DNA from: Squalus acanthias
Lineage: Eukaryota
Reading direction: 5' to 3'
Assembly: GCA_030390025.1 (NCBI GenBank)
Contig: JASTWF010000034.1
Coordinates: 5,394,001-5,458,000, forward strand
DNA length: 64,000 nucleotides
Below, piece after piece: positions 41,201 to 52,500 of the stretch. The number at the start of each line of letters is the position of its first letter. Within the stretch, counting starts at the first letter, position 1. The notes beneath the pieces are model-generated. The model did no database searches, had not been told where the DNA came from, and worked only from the letters and a program-made list of their open reading frames with translations. The position numbers and the translations under genes are program-made.

Positions 41201-44200
41201 ACTGGTCCCGGGGGTGTGTTTTATCACAGAGCCGGGTGTTTGACTGGTCCCGGGGGTCTGTCCGATCATAGACCCAGGGGTTTGTCTGGTCCTGGGGTGT
41301 GTCCGATCACAGACCCAGGGGTTTGTCTGCTCCCGGGGGGTGTCCGATCACAGACCCAGGGGTTTGACTGCTCCTGGGGGGTGTGTCCGATCACAGAACC
41401 AGGGGTGTGTCTGGTCCTGGGGTGTGTCCGATAATTGACCCTGGGTTTTGTTTGACCTGGGTCTATGTTTATCACAGAGCCGGGTGTTTGACTGGTCCCG
41501 GGGGTGTGTCCGATCACAGACCCAGGGGTTTGTCTGATCCTGGGGGGTGTCCGATCACAGACCCAGGGGTTTGACTGGTCCCGGGGGGTGTCCGATCAGA
41601 GACCCGGGGTTTGACTGCTCCCGGGGGTGTGTCCGATCACAGTGCCGGGGCTTTGACTGGTCCCGGGGGGTGTGTCCAATCACAGAGCCGGGGGTTTGAC
41701 TAGTACTGAGGGTGTGTCTGATCACAGAGCCGGGGTTTGACTGGTCCCGGGGGGTGTGTCTGATCACAGAGCCGGGGTTTGACTGGTCCCGGGGGTGTGT
41801 CTGATCACAGAGCCGGGGGTTTGACTGTCCCGGGGGTGTGTCTGATCACAGAGCCGGGGGTTTGACTGGTCCCGGGGGTGTGTCGATCACAGAGCCGGGG
41901 GTTTGACTGGTCCTGGGGGTGTGTCTGATCACAGAGCCGGGGTTTGACTGGTCCGGGGGTGTGTCTGATCACAGAGCCGGGGTTTGACTGGTCCCGGGGT
42001 GTGTCCTGATCACAGAGCCGGGTTTGACTGGTCCCGGGGGTGTGTCTGATCACAGAGCCGGGGTTTGACTGGTCCCGGGGGTGTGTCTGATCACAGAGCC
42101 GGGGGTTTGACTGGTCCGGGGGTGTGTCCGATCACAGAGCCGGGGTTTGACTGGTCCCGGGGGGTGTGTCTGATCACAGAGCCGGGGGTTTGACTGGTCC
42201 CTGGGGGTGTGTCTGATCACAGAGCCGGGGGTTTGACTGGTCCCGGGGGTGTGTCTGATCACAGAGCCGGGGTTTGACTGGTCCCGGGGGTGTGTCTGAT
42301 CACAGAGCCGGGGTTTGACTGGTCCCGGGGGTGTGTCTGATCACAGAGCCGGGGGTTTGACTGTCCCGGGGGTGTGTCTGATCACAGAGCCGGGGGTTTG
42401 ACTGGTCCGGGGGTGTGTCTGATCACAGAGCCGGGGGTTTGACTGGTCCCGGGGGTGTGTCTGATCACAGAGCCGGGGGGTTTGACTGGTCCCGGGGGTG
42501 TGTCTGATCACAGAGCCGGGGTTTGACTGGTCCCGGGGTGTGTCTGATCACAGAGCCGGGGTTTGACTGGTCCTGGGGTGTGTCCGATCACAGAGCCGGG
42601 GTTTGACTGGTCCCGGGGTGTGTCTGATCACAGAGCCGGGGGTTTGACTGGTCCCGGGGGTGTGTCTGATCACAGAGCCGGGGGTTTGACTGTCCCGGGG
42701 GTGTGTCTGATCACAGAGCCGGGGTTTGACTGGGCCCGGGGGTGTGTCTGATCACAGAGCCCGGGGTTTGACTGGTCCTGGGGGTGTGTCTGATCACAGA
42801 GCCGGGGGTTTTGACTGGTCCTGGGGGTGTGTCTGATCACAGAGCCGGGGTTTTGACTGGTCCTGGGGGTGTGTCTGATCACAGAGCCGGGGGTTTGAAT
42901 GGTCCCGGGGGTGTGTCTGATCACAGACCCGGGGTTTGACTGGTCCCGGGGGTGTGTCTGATCACAGAGCCGGGGGTTTGACTGGTCCCGGGGGTGTGTC
43001 TGATCACAGAGCCGGGGTTTGACTGGTCCCGGGGTGTGTCTGATCACAGAGCCGGGGGTTTGACTGGTCCGGGGGGTGTGTCTGATTCACAGAGGCGGGT
43101 TTGACTGGTCCCGGGGGTGTGTCTGATCACAGAGCCGGGGGTTTGACTGGTCCCGGGGGTGTGTCCTATCACAGAGCCCGGGGTTTGGACTGGTCCCGGG
43201 GGGTGTGTCTGATCACAGAGCCGGGGTTTGACTGGTCCCGGGGGTGTGTCTGATCACAGAGCCCGGGGGTTTGACTGGTCCCTGGGGTGTGTCCTGATCA
43301 CAGAGCCGGGGTTTGACTGGTCCCGGGGGTGTGTCTGATCACAGAGCCGGTGTTTGACTGGTCCCGGGGGTGTGTCCGATCACAGAGCCGGGGTTTGACT
43401 GGTCCTGGGGTGTGTCTGATCACAGAGCCGGGGTTTGACTGGTCCCGGGGTGTGTCTGATCACAGAGCCGGGGGTTTGACTGGTCCCGGGGGTGTGTCTG
43501 ATCACAGAGCCGGGGTTTGACTGGTCCTGGGGGGTGTGTCCGATCACAGAGCCGGGGTTTGACTGGTCCCTGGGGTGTGTCCGATCACAGAGCCGGGGTT
43601 TGACTGTCCCGGGGGTGTTCTGATCACAGAGCCGGGGGTTTGACTGGTCCCGGGGGTGTGTCTGATCACAGAGCCGGGGGTTTGACTGGTCCCGGGGGTG
43701 TGTCTGATCACAGAGCCGGGGGTTTGACTGGTCCCGGGGGTGTGTCTGATCACAGACCCGGGGTTTGACTGGTCCCGGGGGTGTGTCCGATCACAGAGCC
43801 GGGGGTTTGACTGGTCCCGGGGGTGTGTCCTGATCACAGAGCCGGGGGTTTGACTGGTCCCGGGGGTGTGTCTGATCACAGAGCCGGGGTTTGACTGGTC
43901 CCGGGGGTGTGTCTGATCACAGAGCCTGGGGTTTGACTGGTCCCGGGGGTGTGTCTGATCACAGAGCCGGGGTTTGACTGGTCCGGGGGTGTGTCCGATC
44001 ACAGAGCCGGGGGTTTGACTGGTCCCGGGGGTGTGTCCTGATCACAGAGCCGGGGGTTTGACTGGTCCTGGGGGTGTGTCTGATCACAGAGCCGGGGTTT
44101 GACTGGTCCGGGGGTGTGTCAGATCACAGAGCCGGGGGTTTGACTGGTCCCGGGGGTGTGTCCTGATCACAGAGCCGGGGTTTGACTGGTCCCGGGGGTG

Positions 44201-47200
44201 TGTCTGATCACAGAGCCCGGGGGTTTGACTGGTCCCGGGGGTGTGTCTGATCACAGAGCCGGGGGTTTGACTGGTCCCGGGGGTGTGTCCGATCACAGAG
44301 CCGGGGTTTGACTGGTCCAGGGGTGTGTCCGATCACAGAGCCGGGGTTTGACTGGTCCCGGGGGTGTGTCTGATCACAGAGCCGGGGGTTTGACTGGTCC
44401 CGGGGGTGTGTCTGATCACAGAGCCGGGGGTTGACTGGTCCCGGGGGTGTGTCTGATCACAGAGCCGGGGGTTTGACTGGTCCCGGGGGTGTGTCTGATC
44501 ACAGAGCCGGGGGTTTGACTGGTCCCGGGGGTGTGTCTGATCACAGAGCCGGGGGTTTGACTGGTCCCGTGGGTGTGTCTGATCACAGAGCCGGGGTTTG
44601 ACTGGTCCGGGGGTGTGTCGATCACAGAGCCGGGGGTTTGACTGGTCCCGGGGGTGTGTCTGATCACAGAGCCGGGGGTTTGACTGGTCCTGGGGGTGTG
44701 TCTGATCACAGAGCCGGGGGTTTGACTGTCCCGGGGGTGTGTCTGATCACAGAGCCGGGGGTTTGACTGGTCCCGGGGGTGTGTCCGATCACAGAGCCGG
44801 GGTTTGACTGGTCCCGGGGGTTGTCTGATCACAGAGCCGGGGTTTGACTGGTCCCGGGGTGTGTCTGATCACAGAGCCGGGGTTTGACTGGTCCGGGGCT
44901 GTGGTCTGATCACAGAGCCGGGGGTTTGACTGGTCCCGGGGTGTGTCTGATCACAGAGCCGGGGTTTGACTGGTCCCGGGGGTGTGTCTGATCACAGAGC
45001 CGGGGGTTTGACTGTCCTGGGGGTGTGTCTGATCACAGAGCCGGGGGTTTGACTGGTCCTGGGGGTGTGTCTGATCACAGAGCCGGGGTTTGACTGGTCC
45101 CGGGGTTGTGTCGATCACAGAGCCGGGGTTTGACTGGTCCCGGGGGTTGGTCTGATCACAGAGCCGGGGTTTGACTGGTCCCAGGGGTGTGTCTGATCAC
45201 AGAGCCGGGTGATTGACTGATCCTGGGACTGTGTTTGATCACAGAGCCGGGGGTTTGACTGGTCCCGGGGGGGTGGGTGTCCGATCATAGACCCAGGGGT
45301 ATGACTGGTCCTGCGGGTGTGTCCGGTCGTAGACCCAGGGGTTTGACTGATCTCGGGGTGTGTCCGATTACAGACCCAGGGGTTTGACTGGTCCCAGCGT
45401 TCTGTCTGATCACAGAGCCGGGGTTTTTACTGGTCCCGGGTGTGTGTCTGATCACAGAGCCCGGGGTTTGACTGGTCCTTGGGTTGTGTCTGATCATAGA
45501 CCCGGGGGTTTAGCTGGACACGGGGGTGTATCCGATCAGAGAGCCGGGTGTTTGACTGGTCCTGGGGCTGTGTTTGATCACACGCCCTGGGGTTTGACTG
45601 CTCCCGGTGGAGTTTCTGATCACAGAGCCGGTGTTTTGACTGGTCCCGGGGCTGTGTCTGATCACAGAGCCGGGGGTTTGACTGGTCCCGGGGGTGTGTC
45701 TGATCACAGAGCCGGGGGTTTGACTGTCCCGGGGTGTGTCCGATCACAGAGCCGGGGGTTTGACTGGTCCCGGGGGTGTGTCTGATCACAGAGCCCGGGG
45801 TTTGACTGGTCCCGGGGGTGTGTCCGATCACAGAGCCGGGGGTTTGACTGTCCCGGGGGTGTGTCGATCACAGAGCCGGGGGTTTGACTGGTCCCGGGGT
45901 GTGTCCGATCACAGAGCCGGGGGTTTGACTGGTCCCGGGGGTGTGTCTCGATCACAGAGCCGGGGGTTTGACTGGTCCCGGGGGTGTTTCTGATCACAGA
46001 GCCTGGGGTTTGACTGTCCCGGGGTGTGTCTGATCACAGAGCCCGGGGTTTGACTGGTCCTGGGGGTGTGTCTGATCACAGAGCCGGGGGTTTGACTGTC
46101 CCGGGGGTGTGTCCGATCACAGAGCCGGGGGTTTGACTGGTCCCGGGGGGTGTGTCTGATCACAGAGGCCGGGGGTTTGACTGTCCTCGGGGTGTGTCTG
46201 ATCACAGAGCCGGGGGTTTGACTGGTCCCGGGGGTGTGTCTGATCACAGAGCCGGGGTTTGACTGGTCCTGGGGGGTGGGTCTGATCACAGAGCCGGGGG
46301 TTTGACTGTCCCTGGGGATGTTGTCTGATCACAGACCCGGGGGGTTTGACTGGTCCCGGGGGGGTGGGTCTGATCACAGAGCCGGGGTTTGACTGGTCCT
46401 GGGGGTGTGTCTGATCACAGAGCCGGGGTTTGACTGGTCCCGGGGTGTGTCCGATCACAGAGCCGGGGGTTTACTGGTCCCTGGTGTGTGTCTGATCACA
46501 GAGGCCGGGGTTTTACAGTCCCTGGGGGTGTGTCCGATCACAGACCCGGGGGTTTGACTGGTCCCGGGGGGGTGTCTGATCACAGAGCCGGGGGTTTGAC
46601 TGGTCCCGGGGGTGTGTCCGATCACAGAGCCGGGGGTTTGACTTGTCCTGGGGTGTCTCTGATCACAGAGCCGGGGGTTTGACTGGTCCCGGGGGGTGTG
46701 TCTGATCACAGAGCCGGGGTTTGACTGGTCCAGGGGGTGTGTCTGATCACAGAGCCGGGGGTTTGACTGGTCCCGGGGGTGTGTCTGATCACAGAGCCGG
46801 GGGTTTGACTGGTCCCGGGGGTGTGTCCTGATCACAGAGCCGGGGTTTGACTGGTCCCGGGGGTGTGTCTGATCACAGAGCCGGGGTTTGACTGGTCCCG
46901 GGGGTGTGTCTGATCACAGAGCCGGGGTTTGACTGGTCCGGGGGTGTGTCTGATCACAGACCCGGGGTTTGACTGGTCCGGGGGTGTGTCTGATCACAGA
47001 GCCGGGGGTTTGACTGGTCCCGGGGTGTGTCTGATCACAGAGCCGGGGGTTTGACTGGTCCCGGGGGGGGTGTCTGATCACAGAGCCGGGGGTTTGACTG
47101 TCCCGGGGGGGGTGTCTGATCACAGAGCCGGGGGTTTGACTGGTCCCGGGGTGTGTCCGATCACAGAGCCGGGGTTTGACTGGTCCCGGGGGTGTGTCTG

Positions 47201-49380
47201 ATCACAGAGCCGGGGTTTGACTGGTCCCGGGGGTGTGTCCGATCACAGAGCCGGGGGTTTGACTGGTCCCGGGGTGTGTCCGATCACAGAGCCGGGGGTT
47301 TGACTGGTCCCGGGGGTGTGTCTGATCACAGAGCCGGGGGTTTGACTGGTCCCTGGGGTGTGTCTGATCACAGAGCCGGGGGTTTGACTGGTCCCGGGGG
47401 TGTGTCCGATCACAGAGCCGGGGGTTTGACTGGTCCCGGGGGTGTGTCCGATCACAGAGCCGGGGTTTGACTGGTCCCGGGGGTGTGTCTGATCACAGAG
47501 CCGGGGGTTTGACTGGTCCCGGGGTGTGTCTGATCACAGAGCCGGGGGTTTGACTGGTCCTGGGGGTGTGTCTGATCACAGAGCCGGGGTTTGACTGGTC
47601 CCGGGGGTGTGTCTGATCACAGAGCCGGGGGTTTGACTGGTCCCGGGGTGTGTCCGATCACAGACCCGGGGGTTTCACTGGTCCTGGGGGTGTGTCCGAT
47701 CACAGAGCCGGGGTTTTGACTGGTCCCGGGGGTGTGTCCGATCACTGACCCAGGGGTTTGACTGGTCTCGGGGGTGTGTCCGATAATTGACCCTGGGGTT
47801 TGACTGGTCCAGGTGGCTATGTCCGATCACAGAGCCGGGGGTTTTACTGGTCCCTGGGCTGTGTCCGATCAGTGACCAGGGGGTTTGACTGATCCTGGGG
47901 GGTGTGTCCAATCACAGAGCCGGGGGTTTGACTAGTCCCGAAGGTGTTTCCATTCATTGACCCAGGGGTTTGACTGGTCCCGGGGGTGTGTCTGATCACT
48001 GACCCAGGGGTTTGACTGGTCCCGGGGGTGTGTCCGATCATTGACCCAGGGGTTTGACTGGTCCCGGGGCTGTGTCCGATCAGAGACCCGGGGGTTTGAC
48101 TGATCCCTGGGGTGTGTCCGATCACAGAGCCGGGGGTTTGACTGGTCCCGGGGGTGTGTCGATCACAGAGCCGGGGGTTTGACTGGTCCTGGGGGTGTGT
48201 CGATCACAGAGCCGGGGTTTGACTGGTCCCGGGGGTGTGTCCGATCACAGAGCCGGGGTTTGACTGTCCCGGGGGTGTGTCGATCACAGAGCCGGGGTTT
48301 GACTGGTCCCGGGGGTGTGTCTGATCACAGAGCCGGGGGTTTGACTGGTCCTGGGGGTGTGTCTGATCACAGAGCCGGGGTTTGACTGGTCCCGGGGGTG
48401 TGTCTGATCACAGAGCCGGGGGTTTGACTGGTCCCGGGGTGTGTCTGATCACAGAGCCGGGGTTTGACTGGTCCCGGGGGTGTGTCTGATCACAGAGCCG
48501 GGGTTTGACTGGTCCTGGGGTGTGTCCTGATCACAGAGCCGGGGGTTTGACTGGTCCCGGGGTGTGTCTGATCACAGAGCCGGGGTTTGACTGGTCCCGG
48601 GGGTGTGTCTGATCACAGACCCAGGGGTTTGACTGGTCCTGGGGTGTGTCCGATCACAGAGCCGGGTGATTGACTGATCCTTGGGCTGTGTCAGATCACA
48701 GAGCCAAGGGTGTGACTGCTGCCAGCGGTCTGTCTGATCACAGAGCTGGGGGTTTGACTGGTCCCGGGGGTGTGTCCGATCACAGACCCAGGGGTTTGAC
48801 TGCTCCTGGTTTGTGTCCGATCACAGACCCAATGGTTTGACTGGTCCCGGGGGTGTGTCCGATCACAGAGCCGGGGGTTTGACCAGTCACGGTGTTGTGT
48901 CTGATCACAGAGCCGGGGGTTTGACTGGTCCCGGGGGTGTGTCCGATCACAGAGCCGCGGTTTTGACCAGTCACGGGGTTCTGTCTGATCACAGAGCCGG
49001 GGGTTTGACTGGTACCCGGGGTGTGTCTGATCACAGAGCCGGTTGTTTGTCTGGTCCCGGGTGTGTGTCCGATCAGAGACCCAGGGAATTTGTATGTTCC
49101 CGGGGGTTGTGACCAATCACAGACCCGTAGGTTTGACTGGTCCCAGCGGTCTGTCTGTTCATGGACCGGGGTTGTAACTGGTCCTGGGGCTGTGTCTGAT
49201 CACAGACCCAGGGTTTTGACTGGTCCCGGGAGGTGTGTCTGATCACAGAGCCGCGGGTTTGACTGGTCCTGAGGCTGTGGATGATCACAGAGCCGGGGGT
49301 TTGACAGCTCCTAAGGCTGTGTCTGATCACAGACCCAGGGTTTTGACTGGCCCTGGGGATGTGTCTGATCAGAGAGCCCG
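17231..49380 (-). repeat. SatA 42-bp satellite array in reverse orientation (G-rich strand on +)
   Basis: Repeated TTTGACTGGTCCCGGGGGTGTGTCTGATCACAGAGCCGGGGG is the reverse complement of the SatA monomer. It is mostly near-consensus with frequent +/-1 homopolymer indels. Confidence 0.97.
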
Positions 49381-49560
49381 TGTTTTTGACGTCCTAATCG
49401 TTTTACCGTTCCCAGGGGTGTCTTTGATCTTGCCCCGGGGCATTGACTGGTTCCGGTGTTTAGACTGTTCACGGGAGTTTGACCAGTCCCAGGAGTTTGA
49501 CCTGGAGAGTTTCAGATCACGGACTCGTGATTTCGTTCAGACCATGGTGTTTGATTCGTG
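49381..49560 (-). repeat. Cassette exit flank (diverged homolog of ~10270-10500) forming the SatA/SatB junction
   Basis: The reverse complement reads CACGAATCAAACACCATGGTCTGAACGAAATCACGAGTCCGTGATCTGAAAC...CTCCCGTGAACAGTCTAAACACCGG...ACGTCAAAA. This matches CACAGATCAAACCCATTGGTCTGGGCGAAATCCTGTGTCCGTGATCTGAAAC...CTCCCGTGACCAGTCTAACCACCGG...ACGTCAAAA on the left. Confidence 0.85.
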
Positions 49561-52500
49561 ATGGGCTCCTCTTCTCTGGTCTAACAGTGTGTGTGTGGGA
49601 GTCTAAATGGGCTCTTGGTCTCTGATCTAACAGTGTGTGTGAGAATCTGAATGAGCTCCTGGTCTCAGATCTAGCATTGTGTGTCTGGGATTCTGAATGA
49701 GCTCCTGGTCTCTTATCTAACAGTGTGTGTCTGGGAGTCTGAATTGGCTCTTGGTCTCTGATCCAACAGTATTTGCTTGAAAGTCTGAATGAGCTCCTGG
49801 TCTCTGATCTAACAGTGTGTGTGTGGGAGGCAGAATGAGCTCCTGGTCTCTAATCTAACAGTATGTGTTTGGGAGTATGTATGGGTTCCTGGTCCCTGAT
49901 CAAACAGTATATGTGTGGGCGTCTGAATGGGCTCCTGGTCTCTGATCTAACAGTGTGTGTATGGGAGTCTGTATTGGCTCCGGGTCTCTGATCCAACAGT
50001 AGGTGCGTGGAAGTGTGAATGAGCTCGTGGTGTCTGATCTAACAGTGTGTGTGAGAGTCTGAATGAGCTCCTGGTCTCTGATCTAACAATCTGTGTCTGG
50101 CAGTCTGAATGAGCTCCTGGTCTCTGATCCAACAGTGTGTGTGTGGGAGTCAGAATGAGCTCCTGGTCTCTGATCTAACAATGGGTGTCTGGGTGTCTGA
50201 ATGAGCTCCTGGTCTCTGATCTAACAGTGTGTGTGAGAGTGTGAATGAGCTCCTGGTCTCTTATCTGACAGTGTGTGTGAGAGTCTGAATGAGCTCCTGG
50301 TCTCTGATCTAACAGTGTGTGTGAGAGTCTGAATGAGCTCCTGGTCTCTGATCTAGCAGTGTGTGTGGGAGTCAGAATGAGCTCCTGGTCTCTGATCTAA
50401 CATTGTGTGTGTTGGAGTCTGAATGGAATCCTAGTCTCTGATCTAACAGTGTGTGTGTGGGACTCTGAATGGGCTCCTGGTCTCTGCTCTAACACTGCGT
50501 GTCTGGGAGTCAGATTGAGCTCCTGGTCTCTGATCTAACAGTGAGTGTGTGGATGCCTGAATCGACTCCTGGTCTCTGCTCTAACAGTGTGTTTGTGCGA
50601 TTCTGAATTGTCATCTGGTCTCTGCTCTAACAGTGTTTGTGTGTGAGTCAGAATGAGCTCCTGGTCTCTGAACTAACTGTGTGTGTTTTGGAGTCTGAGT
50701 GGGCTCCTGGTATCTGATCCAACAGTGTGTGTATGGAAGTCTGAATTGGCTCCTGGTCTCTGGTACAACAGTATGTGCTTGGAAGTCTGAATGAACTCCT
50801 GGTCTCTGATCTAACAGTTGTGTGTGCGGGAGTCTGAATTAGCTCCTGCTCTCTGATCTAACAGTGTGTGTGTGAGTCTGAATGTGCTCCTGGTCCCTGA
50901 TCTAACAGTGTGTGTATGGGAGTCTGAAATCGCAGTTTGTCTCTGATCCAACAGTGTGTGTCTGGGAGTCTGAATAAACTCCTGGTCTCTGATCTAACAC
51001 TGTCTGTGATAGTCTGAATGAACTCCTGGTCTCTGATCTATCAATGAGTGTATGGGTGTCTGAATGAGCTCTTGGTCTCTAATCTAACAGTGTATGAGGC
51101 TGTCTGAATGAGCTCCTGGCCTCTGATCTAACACTGATCGCGTAGGAGTCTGAATGAACTCCTGGTGTCTGATCTAACAGTGTGTGCATGGGAGTCTGAA
51201 TGGGCTCCTGGTGTCTGATCTAACAGTGTGTGTATGGGAGTCTGAAATGGATCCTGGTCTCTGATGAAACAGTAGGTGCGTTGAAGTCTGAATGAGCTCC
51301 TGGTGTCTGATGTAACAGTGTGTGTATGGGAGTCTGAATGGGCTCCTGGTCTCTGATCTAACAATGTGTGTGTGGGAGTCTGAATGGGCTCCTGGTCTCT
51401 GATCTTACGGTGTGTGTGTGGGAGTCCGAATGAGCTCCTGGCCTCTGATCTAACAGTGTGTGTGTGGGAGTCTGAATGGGCTCCTCGTCTCTGATCTAAC
51501 AATGTGTGTGTGGGAGTCTGAATGGGCTCCTGGTCTCTGATCTAACAGTGTGTGTGTCGGTGTCTGAATGGGCTCCTGGTCTCTGATCTGACAGTGTCTG
51601 TGCGGGAGCCTGAATGGGCTCATGGTCTCTGATCTAACAGTGTGAATGTGGGAGTCTGAATGGGCTCTTGCTCTCTGATCTAACAGTGTGTTTGTGGGAG
51701 TCTGAATGAGCTCCTGGTCTCTGATCTAATAGTGTGTGTGTGTGAGTCTGAATGGGCTCCTGGTCTCTGATCTTACAGTGTGTGTGTGGGAGTCTGAATG
51801 GGCTCCTCGTCTCTGATCTAACAATGTGTGTGTGGGAGTCTGAATGGGCTCCTGGTCTCTGATCTTACAGTGTGTGTGTCGGTGTCTGAATGGGCTCCTG
51901 GTCTCTGATCTGACAGTGTCTGTGCGGGAGCCTGAATGGGCTCATGGTCTCTGATCTAACAGTGTGAATGTGGGAGTCTGAATGGGCTCTTGCACTCTGA
52001 TCTAACAGTGAGTGTTTGGGAGACCGAAAGGGCTCCTGGTCTCTGATCTAACAATGTGTGTGTGGGAGTCTGAAACAGCTCCTGGTATCTGATCTAACAG
52101 TGTCTGAGTGGGAGTCTGAATGGGCTCCTGGTCTCTGATCTAACAGTGTGATTGCGGGAGTCTGAATGGGCTACTTGTCACTGATGTAAAAGTGTGTGAG
52201 TGGGACTCTGAATGGGGTCCTGTTCTCTGATCTAACAATGTGTTTGTGGGAGTTTGAATGAGCTCCTGATCTCTGATCTAAAATTGTGAGTGTGGGAGTC
52301 TGAATGGGCTCCTGGTCTCTGATCTAACAGTGAGTGTGTGGTAGTCGGAATGAGCTCCTGGTCTCTGATCTAACAGTGTGATTGCGGGAGTTTGAATGGG
52401 CTACTTGTCACTGATGTAAAAGTGTGTGAGTGGGACTCTGAATGAGCTCCTGTTCTCTGATCTAACAATGTGTTTGTGGGAGTTTGAATGAGCTCCTGAT

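Noticed and set aside
85..49330. Numerous ORFs encoding TPGTSQTPGSVIRH, DQSNPRLCDQTHPR or SDHRAGGLTGPGGV repeats (mucin-like appearance; up to 377 aa at 14295-15428)
   Set aside because: The monomer length is a multiple of 3 and several frames lack stops, so long ORFs arise automatically on both strands. Frames shift repeatedly at C-run indels, starts are mostly GTG/TTG from the repeat, and there is no non-repetitive domain, signal peptide or recognisable exon context.
1..49380. CENP-B box or telomeric repeats
   Set aside because: I saw no TTCG-N4-A-N2-CGGG motif in the consensus and no (TTAGGG)n tract. Isolated CTAACCC variants are single substitutions. Centromeric function cannot be claimed from sequence.
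49514..49533. Small hairpin ATCACG-GACT-CGTGAT near the SatA/SatB junction
   Set aside because: The stem is only 6 bp, and it is not conserved in the homologous left cassettes (ATCCTGTGTCCGTGAT), so it is likely chance.
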